From IMG/VR virus record IMGVR_UViG_3300005805_000155, positions 1 to 43,423 of that record: a stretch of DNA of 43,423 bases; one strand, written 5' to 3'. The DNA comes from a virus. Lineage: Duplodnaviria; Caudoviricetes. This document shows, in pieces, positions 9,518-18,200 of the stretch. The position numbers and the translations under genes were made by a program. Numbering within the stretch: position 1 is the first letter of the stretch; each line of letters opens with the position of its first letter. The notes under the pieces are model-generated. The model searched no databases. It saw only the letters and a program-made list of their open reading frames with translations, and was not told where the DNA came from.

Positions 9518-9733
9518 TCAATAATTTCCAGCATCTGAATCTGTATTTACAGACTTTTTACGAGATGTGGATGGTTTCACTTCGGGAGAATCGTTATTTA
9601 ACAATTCTTGTAATTTTTTAGTCAAGATAAGATTTTTTGCTTCTAATAAAATAAGTTGATTAGTTAATTCGCTGACCTTAGACTGATATACAGATACTAA
9701 AGTAGCATAATCTAGTTGAATTTCTTCCATCAT
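9518..9733 (-). CDS. Small coiled-coil hypothetical protein (71 aa)
   Basis: Heptad-like YQSKVSELTNQLILLEAKNLILTKKLQELL. A late promoter motif lies upstream. Confidence 0.75.
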   Translation of the reverse strand: MMEEIQLDYATLVSVYQSKVSELTNQLILLEAKNLILTKKLQELLNNDSPEVKPSTSRKKSVNTDSDAGNY

Positions 9734-9751
9734 TCACAAAACAATTTCAAC

Positions 9752-9759
9752 TATTTATC
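9752..9759 (-). promoter_or_regulatory. Putative late promoter (GATAAATA)
   Basis: NATAAATA motif in the intergenic gap, about 19 nt upstream of the start at 9733. Confidence 0.6.
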
Positions 9760-11377
9760 AATATGTTCCGCAGTCGATTGTTACGTTAACAACTGTCTTG
9801 CTTGAAGTGATAACTTCGTTTGTTGGGGTGCCAATTGATCCAATGAATAAAGAAGCAATACCTAAAGCAGCGCGAGTTCCAACTGTAATCTGTGGATCAG
9901 CACTGCCAGTATCTGCAGCTTCTGTGATAGTAGCAGCAAGCTCAAATCCAGCATTATCTACCCAAACGATAGCGGACTTCTTCGCAGTAGTAGCAAAGTA
10001 GTTGAAAGCAACCGCTGTATCCCATGTAGTTGAAGCAGTTGGAGCTGCTCCATTAATGAGACCCAATTCAATAATACGATCTTCGACACTTAAAGTCTGA
10101 GTGTTTAGCGTTGTGGTTGCACCAGCAACTGTTAAGTCACCCTGAATGGTTACGTTAGCACCAGAAAGAGTAATAGCAGTTGTGCCGCCATTTGACTTAA
10201 TATCGTTACCAGTTACGGTAAGGTCGCCAGTGATGGCAACATCACTATTTAAATAAGTGATAGGAGAATTCTCTAGGTTTGTGTCGGTGCTATTCCAACC
10301 CATTACAGTGCCACCACTCAAGCTACCAGCATTCTTAAGTTGAACATCATCAGCATTAACTGTAATACCTGTGCCTGCTCCAACAGCAAGAGTTGGTGTA
10401 GATCCTTCACCAGTTGCGCCACCAGTTAGACCATTACCAGAAGTGATGCTAGCAACATAGTTGCCAGTTGTATTTACGCTAAGTTCAACAGCATCAGCAC
10501 CAATAGAAGCAACACCCGAAGCGTTAATTGTGATGTCACCCGACACACCACCCAAAACATAATCTCTGAGGTTATCTGCTGTTGCTTTACGATTTGCTGA
10601 TGCTGTGGCATCATAGAATGGGAATGTATCAGCATCAGCAATAGCAGCCTCTGCTGTAAGACCATTGATGTCAAGTGCTAGTGTTAGAGCAGCACTTTCA
10701 GACCCTCCATTACCACCTGTGATTCCCGATCCATTAGTAATAGAAGCAACATAATTGCCAGTTGTTTCTGTGCCTAAAATAACACCATCATCTTTGATGG
10801 TAACTACTCCATTAACATCAACAGCAAAATTATCGCTGCTAAATGAAGCAACCCCTTTGACGGTTGTGCTAGCAGTCTTAACAGAAATAGTTACAGTGTC
10901 GTTAGTGACAGCAGTATCAATAGGATCTGTGCCAGTAAATGTTAATGTGCCACCAGTTGTAAACGAATCAGTGCCAGTATCACCAGCAACAGTAAATGAA
11001 GAGGAAACAGTTGCCCAAGATAAAACACCACTTCCGTTAGTTTGGAGAATTTGGTTGGCATCACCATCATTATCTGGTAAAGTTAATGTATATGATGCTG
11101 TTAAAGTTGTTGGTGCTGTAAGTGAAATCTGTGCAGAATTATCAGCATCACCAATTTTAACAATTGCAGATACCGTGCCAGTATGAGCAGTTAAAAAGTT
11201 ATCAATTCTGCTCGTATAACTTGCACCACCAATATGCACAAAAGAAGAAGCTCCATCAGCAACCCATAGATTGTCATTAGTAGTATCAAAAAATGGTTCG
11301 CCTGCTAATGCGGTAGTTACTCCAGCAGCTGCTGGTGACTGTGTGCCTCTGCGAAGCTGTAAACGTGGATCTGCCAT
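9758..11377 (-). CDS. Tail fibre protein (539 aa)
   Basis: Mtd/hyaluronidase-type N-terminus (LQLRRGT...LAGEP.FDT...L.V.DG), KGVASF...NF.V, duplicated TTGNYVASIT, I.GDLTV.G.TTTLNT..L.VED.IIEL and C-terminal IDCGTY. Confidence 0.85.
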   Translation of the reverse strand: MADPRLQLRRGTQSPAAAGVTTALAGEPFFDTTNDNLWVADGASSFVHIGGASYTSRIDNFLTAHTGTVSAIVKIGDADNSAQISLTAPTTLTASYTLTLPDNDGDANQILQTNGSGVLSWATVSSSFTVAGDTGTDSFTTGGTLTFTGTDPIDTAVTNDTVTISVKTASTTVKGVASFSSDNFAVDVNGVVTIKDDGVILGTETTGNYVASITNGSGITGGNGGSESAALTLALDINGLTAEAAIADADTFPFYDATASANRKATADNLRDYVLGGVSGDITINASGVASIGADAVELSVNTTGNYVASITSGNGLTGGATGEGSTPTLAVGAGTGITVNADDVQLKNAGSLSGGTVMGWNSTDTNLENSPITYLNSDVAITGDLTVTGNDIKSNGGTTAITLSGANVTIQGDLTVAGATTTLNTQTLSVEDRIIELGLINGAAPTASTTWDTAVAFNYFATTAKKSAIVWVDNAGFELAATITEAADTGSADPQITVGTRAALGIASLFIGSIGTPTNEVITSSKTVVNVTIDCGTY

Positions 11378-11408
11378 TGTTACCCTATGATTACTTTTTT
11401 CCTATTAT

Positions 11409-11416
11409 TATTTAGT
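11409..11416 (-). promoter_or_regulatory. Possible variant late promoter (ACTAAATA)
   Basis: Variant motif retaining the TAAATA core, about 32 nt upstream of the 539-aa fibre start. Confidence 0.4.
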
Positions 11417-11696
11417 AAGATCCATAATCTAAAGAGTCATCGTTTACACCATCTGCTCTATCAAGCACTTCTGATGGTGGCACATAAACATGTTTTTGTG
11501 TTGTAGCATCCCACATTAGCAAATAATTATTAGATTTATCATTTGGATTTACATCTGATAACCCACTCAATTCAATTTGAGATGCAGTAACATTTACATC
11601 AATATTAGTATCTACATCTACCGATTTTTTAATTCTGTAATTTTTTACAGTAACGTCGATGTTACTAGAAGAAGATACTGAAACGTTATATTTCAT
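11412..11696 (-). CDS. Hypothetical protein (94 aa), fibre-associated
   Basis: Coupled to the upstream gene (ATGA overlap). Contains an L..LSDV......NYLL.WD fibre-type motif and ends LDYGSY. Confidence 0.75.
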   Translation of the reverse strand: MKYNVSVSSSSNIDVTVKNYRIKKSVDVDTNIDVNVTASQIELSGLSDVNPNDKSNNYLLMWDATTQKHVYVPPSEVLDRADGVNDDSLDYGSY

Positions 11697-12031
11697 GTTA
11701 CTCCTGGATTAACGTAAAGTAAACCTTCTAATACTCTAGTCTTTGCTCCACCTTGATTCAATGGTGCTGTGACTTTCACATCATAAACATAACGATGCAA
11801 TTTCATAGCTGCTGTTTGAGAGGGAGATAATTTTATTTTTATCTTTCCTGCTGATAAATCTATAGCAGAAACAGTAAAAGATACTTTCTCTGTAGTAACA
11901 TAATTTTTACTAAATTTTGCCTCGATGACAAAATTATTTAAATTAATTGGAGATCCATCATCTTCTCTTAATGTTAACTCTGCTTCAAAATCACTCCCCC
12001 TATCTATAGGAAAATTTAATGGTACTGCCAT
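11693..12031 (-). CDS. Conserved small virion protein, BppU/LtfC-like Ig-fold adaptor (112 aa)
   Basis: N..ID.GSDF.......G.PINL...GKI.I.L...QT......RYVYDV.....KTRVLEG...V.PGVT, a pattern recalled from T4-like cyanophage proteins. Confidence 0.75.
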   Translation of the reverse strand: MAVPLNFPIDRGSDFEAELTLREDDGSPINLNNFVIEAKFSKNYVTTEKVSFTVSAIDLSAGKIKIKLSPSQTAAMKLHRYVYDVKVTAPLNQGGAKTRVLEGLLYVNPGVT

Positions 12032-12040
12032 TACGCACCT

Positions 12041-12076
12041 AGAATAAACCCCTTCTTATGTATTTATAAGAAGGGG
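12041..12076 (-). terminator. Intrinsic terminator hairpin
   Basis: Perfect 11-bp inverted repeat CCCCTTCTTAT (12049-12059) / ATAAGAAGGGG (12066-12076), followed on the minus strand by TTTATTCT. Confidence 0.7.
12061..12068 (-). promoter_or_regulatory. T4 consensus late promoter TATAAATA
   Basis: Exact consensus, about 30 nt upstream of the ATG at 12031 and embedded in the hairpin. Confidence 0.75.
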
Positions 12077-12082
12077 AGGTTG

Positions 12083-12271
12083 TCATGTATTTTCTTCAGT
12101 TGTTTCTTCTGTTGGTTGTGGGGGGTTTAGAAGATCTAAAGTTTCTAAACCACCTTGAAGTTTAAAACGATACTCTTTTGCTTTAACTAAATCATCTTCT
12201 AGTTTAGCAATTTGAGTCTCTACATTAGCAAGTTGATTTGTGAAGTTTTCTCTTAATTCTGTTGTATCCAT
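12083..12271 (-). CDS. Small coiled-coil hypothetical protein (62 aa; start revised to MDTTELRE)
   Basis: The ATG at 12271 avoids overlap with the upstream giant gene. Heptad pattern followed by KLQGGLETL. Confidence 0.75.
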   Translation of the reverse strand: MDTTELRENFTNQLANVETQIAKLEDDLVKAKEYRFKLQGGLETLDLLNPPQPTEETTEENT

Positions 12272-12281
12272 AGTATTGTCA

Positions 12282-15200
12282 TTAAGCAACTTTAAATAAC
12301 CATTCAGCAAAAGTCTTTCCTAAAACTCTGCCGAATTCTACGGTATATTTAGGGAAGATTGAAGGTGAGTCTTTTCGTGATATCCCTACATTTTCATCAG
12401 TAATAGTTGTCAGTAATGGTTTATCGATTGTTATTGTGTTGTTTGTAGTTGACAGAATTCTAGTTTCGCCTTGAATTCCTTCTCCATACACAAAATAACC
12501 AGAAAGAATACCTGAAGGAATTGTGGTTTCGTTATAAGGAGCTTGTGATGAAATTGTTAACGTGGTAGATCCAGCAGTACCAGACATTCTCTTTGCAAAT
12601 CCAAGTTGGAAGAATATAGCACCTCTACTTCCTTTAGCACACCCAACGTGATCCCACCCTAGTTTATCTGGAATAACATTAATAGATCCATTGGAATATA
12701 CTCCTCTTCTTTGTAATGTATTGTTTACTATAGGAGTAAATACTGGAGTTATAAGACCATTATTATTATAACTTCCAACTCCAAAAATAATAGTATCATT
12801 AAATGTCAGTAGAGTAGTCGCTGGTGGATCTCCAACTCCACTTGCTGCAGTAGTAGCTAAAGATAAAGTTATAGTTGATGTGGCGGTATTGTAACCAGTT
12901 ATTGTGGTGCCACTAGCAATACCAGATCCACTAACAGTTTGACCAACAGCAACCGTGCCAGTAATACTACTCAATAAAACAGTCGTTGATCCAGAAGAGA
13001 AAGATCCAGATGCTGTTGGTTGAGTAAATGTACCAGTTAATCTTTCTGACAAATATACTCTATTGTTTGCAGAATCAATAGAAGTTACTGTAGTTGTTGC
13101 TGGCAAACTTGGTCCAGAAACAGAATATCCAGCAACAACTCCAGTAACAGAAGAAACTTTCAATGATTTTGCTTGCGCTACGTTACTTGCTGCGATAATT
13201 CTTCCAGGAATCTTTTGGAAAGATGTGTTACCTGTTCTAGATCCGTTTGAAGTTACGTATGTAAATGTGTTTGCAGTTGGAACAGTATCCACAACATAAT
13301 AACCATCTGTTTCTGTACCCGTTGTGGCATCTAGATAAATTTTATCACCGATAGATAATCCATGAGAAGTTGAAGTTACTGTCGCAACACCAGATGCCGT
13401 TGAATATGTGCCAGTCTGTATGGTTGCTAGCATAGGTGAACTAAGACCAATAGTATTGGTAGTAGTATTGATATTTTCAATAATTGCAGTTGAAGCAAAT
13501 TGAGATGTATCAGTAGTTATAAGTTGACCAACATGTAAGTTAGTCACAGAAGATAATGTTATGGCGTATGAATCTTTTCTGCTTGAAATTAAATCAATTT
13601 GACTGTCAGTGCCAGCACCATCAAATATTGCACCAACCGTAGGATTGTTTATTTCTATGTATAATTGTGCTCCCACAGTAACTGTATTAATAACTCTGGT
13701 TCCTGCTTGAATTCTGTTTGTTAAAGAAGTGCCTCTATTGAAAGATCCATCAACTACAGATTGACCTATCGTAACATCAGTGACTGAGGTAACGGGTAAT
13801 AATGTGGATCCTATTGTTGTATTAGCACTTACTGTTTTTGTAATCTGGGTGTTAGTTAAAGCTAATACAGTAGAGTATGCTCTTGTCCAAGAGACGTTAC
13901 CAGAAGTAGTTGCCGAAGTAGATCTATAAACAGTAAAAGAGTTAGCAGCAGAAGTTAATACGGCGTAATATCCATCGGTTGCAGTGCCACTAGTAAAATC
14001 TAGATAAACTGTTTGTCCAACTAACAATCCGTGACCGTTACTGGTAACAGTTATAGTATTGGTAGTTTGTGAATATGTTGCAGCGGTAGTTGCCCCATTA
14101 AAATTATATAATGTGGATCCTTCAATATTTGGTAATATCGCAGTTGGTTTAACTTGTGGTGGAGAATAACTAAAACTACTTGAAGAAATTTTGGTTATTC
14201 TATAATTTCCGTTATATGCAGATGGAGATACATTACTAATAGTGATAATATCATCAGTTTGTAAACTATGTGGTCCGTCTGTAAACACAGTCGCTTTGTT
14301 TATATTTTGCACATATTCAATATTAGAAATAGATTTTTGGAAAACTTCATTTGCTCCACCTTGAGTCAAAGAAATTCTAAATGTTGTGTAAAGACTTTGA
14401 CCACCCTGACTAGCGTAGTTAACGACATAATGATCTGCTAATTCATCTAATCCAGGCACATTTCTGAGATTACCGACCACAGTAATTTCATCAACTCCTT
14501 CTGGGAATATATCAGAATTTTTAGTAAATGATCCTAGTCTAGTGGGTGGTAATGTTGCGGTTGGAATCACTCCAGTTACCACTAATCTATCTTTTCCTAA
14601 GAAAGCACCATCAGATTGCTCTTGTTGTCCATAGTAGAAATTATAATCATCTACGATTTCTAATACGGTGTCATTCTGAGAGCTACTATTCAAGAAAGTA
14701 TTTGCAAAATCATTTACATCAATTAAATTACCTTCATACAAATGATGTTTAGATCCAGTAGTAACCGAAGAAAATCTTACCGTAGCTGCTGTTGCTTGAG
14801 CTGCTGTAGTATTTTTAGAAATAGTTATAATGTTACCATTAATCTCAGTTACTTGTGTCTGATAAGGAATGCCAGTAGCAATAACATATTGTCCTAATGA
14901 AATACCAGTAGATGAAGTTACGGTAATTGTTGATGCAGCATTACTCCAAGTTGCTGTAGTTGTTGGTATTGTTTGTGTTGTAGTTGCTGCTATAACTGTC
15001 TGATATGTAAAACTCGTAGTGTTAGGAACTGTTAAAATAGTAAATTCTCCATTGTATTCCGCAACACTAGACCCAGTAATTAATATATTGTTTCCAACAA
15101 TAAATGGATGAGCATAACCAGTGGTTACTGTAACTGTGGTTGAAGTGTTTGTTATTGCAGAAATTGGGAAATTGTGGGGAGTGGTTGCTAATATTCTATT

Positions 15201-18200
15201 GTTTTCGTATTCAACCGCAGTTATTGGTGCATCTGTAATTTGAGAAATACCCAAAGTATTAACAGCAGTCACTACAAAATCATGTTTAGATCCAGATCTA
15301 ACCACATCATTATCATTGGATCTTTGTCTGAAATTTAAACTTCTAACCAAAAAGTCTCTTGCCTTTCTTGCTGGAATAATGTTATCTGTAGCAACTGGAG
15401 GAGATCCGACAATATCTTCCGTTTTTGGATTTATTTCACCACCAACATCTTGATCAGAAATATTCAAGAAAATCATTCTATCGAAATTCTTTGTATATAC
15501 ACCTCCAAATGGAAGAATGCGTGGATCAGTAATGTATCCTCCAGAAATCCAAAGACCTTCGTTTCCACTAGACAAAATAGTATATTGGAATTGAGTATCG
15601 TTTAAAACAGTAACTGGTGCGTTGAATTCATTCCAAGAAACTCTAGTGTCATTAGAAACTCCACCAACATTAACTCTATCTGTAACTCTTATTGTAACTG
15701 CAACTGCTTGTGCTGTGGCAGTTGGTCTTGATAGAGTTATAGTATTTCCATTCACTGCAGTAACTATAGTATTTTCTTGAATACCTGTGCCAATTACTGC
15801 TCGACCAACAGATCCAGATAAATCAATATCATACTGACTAGTAGTTACTGGGTTTGTAATTGTGATAGTAGATGCCCCAGCCGCAAATGTAGATGTACCT
15901 GTTGTTGAAGTTAAATGGTGATTTTCATCAGTTGTAACAGTAACAACTTTATCCAATACCGTTGCTGTTTCAAAATATCTAATATATGGATATTCTAAAT
16001 CTGTTGTTTCTGTTATATTCAAGAAAAGTTTATTACTCAAGAAACTAAAAGCATCGTTGATAACATCGATTGAAATATTTTTTACTGTGCCACCTATTTG
16101 ATAACTACCTGGATCATCTGGCAATGGATATGTAAATGTAAATTCATCAATGATAGTCGCTTCAAATCTACCATTAAATGCTCCTGGAGATACATTTTTA
16201 ATTAGTAATCTACAACTTGTTCTTCCTGCAGGAGGGACGAAACCATGTGGTTCTGTGGTTTGCATCGTTACTTTAGATAGATCATTAATTTGGCCTACTG
16301 TTATTGTCAAATCATTATCTGGAGAAATTCCACCCAAATCATTTCCTGAAATTACAATAGATTCTCCTAATACATATCCCGATCCCAAGTCTGTTATATT
16401 TACTCTGTAAGTTCCGTTAGCATCTCTAATAACAGTAAATTTTGCTCCGACTCCCGCACCGCTACTCTCTCCCGTTCTTTCGGTGTAGACAATCGAGAAT
16501 GTTGTTGGAGCTGCTACACCAGCAGACAACAATCCTGTTGGGTTGATTTCTGATTCAAAAGTCCAAAATGCCGAAGCAATATTATATGAAGGATTTAATA
16601 ATGGTGATGGAGTTAGAGCATTTCCTACTTGATAACCGTACCCAGGAAAAGATACAGTTGCTGAAATATCTTTAAAGTTATTTCTTTTGTTTACTAGTAT
16701 ATCAATTGTTTTAGTTAAGTTAGGCACTCCAAAATAAACGAAAGGTTCTGCTGGAGAAAAAACATTTGGAATTCCTAAAAAGTCATCGGAAATAGTAACC
16801 ACGTTTGTATTGGAATCGTAGTAAATTACAGAACTATTTGCTTTTATATTTTTTCCTCTAACAACATTATTTGAAGATATGGTAGAGGTAAATGTTAATT
16901 GTGTAGTTGCTGGTGGTGTACCAGATCCACTAGCAGCAGTTGTATTTTTTGATAATACAAGAATACCACCAGTAGGTTCGTAGTCAACTACTGTTGTGTC
17001 TGATGGAATACCAGATCCAGTAATCAATTGACCAATAAAAATTGTACCGCTTACATTAGATAATTGTATAGTATCTGTTCCACTAACAAATGAAGCATCT
17101 GCATTTACAGATGGATTGATTTGAATTGGATTAGATAATGTTAAAGTTGGGTATAAAGTAATAATAGATCCAGCAGGCCATTGTTGTGCTGTCGTTCCTA
17201 GTTGACCTCTAATTACTTCTAATTGAGTTGCAAATGGTGATCCAACTCCAACACCAATCACCTGAGTAATTTTTACTATTTCGATAGTAGTAGATCCAGG
17301 TTGATTTATTTTTGCATAAACATCAATTCCGCCGAAATCACCCGTTACGCTTATATTAGTATCTGATGCAGTTATTGTGGAATAAATTGTATCCGTATCT
17401 CCATATGTAAAACTACCAACAGTCGATTTAACTTGATCAAAAATTACAAATGTTTCTAAAATATCTCCCTTCAATACTTTTGTAAATCCAGCATCGTAAA
17501 CTTTAGTAATGGTAGTGCTAGCACCTGCAACATTAGATACTGTTATTGCAGATTGGAAAATAATATCTTGATAATATGAATAGTAGGTTCCTGTGCTCAA
17601 ACCAGAATAAAAACCTACTCCAGGTATAGTATATAAACTTATTTTGCCGCCAAAAGTAGTGGTACCTTTTTCCAAAAATCCTGTAGTTTCGTTAACTCTA
17701 ACTGTTGCTAAAACTTCTTTTTTATCACCAATGCCACTAGATTCTGGATCTATACTTCCAGATGGATACAAATAATTGTAAGTAGATCTTCTATAGAATG
17801 TATTTGGCACACTAAACAACATTGTTAAATTAACAACAAACCCAAAAAATCCAAATGAAGAAACTCCATTAGGCACGATTTCTGGTATTGGGGTTGTGCC
17901 TTTATATGTTATCCAAAAACTTTTGCTAGTCGATAATACTGAATCAGTAATATATGCTTTGTAGATTCCGTTTAATCCTTCTAAGTTACAATTTTTTATT
18001 CGTAATGTGCAATAAGGAACTATAGAAACAGATGCTCCAGCAGAATGAGATGCAGCTAACGATGTCAATCTTGCTCTTTGTACTGTTAATTGATTGTTTA
18101 CTATTTCTGTGATTGCAAAATATTCAGAATCAATTTTTATAAAAATATTGACTTTCAAAGAAGACGCATCATTAACTGTAAATGTTGTAACCGAATTGTT

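Noticed and set aside
9758-11377. Possible diversity-generating retroelement target, suggested by the Mtd-like N-terminus
   Set aside because: No reverse transcriptase, no TR/VR pair differing at adenines and no evident C-type-lectin C-terminus in this window.
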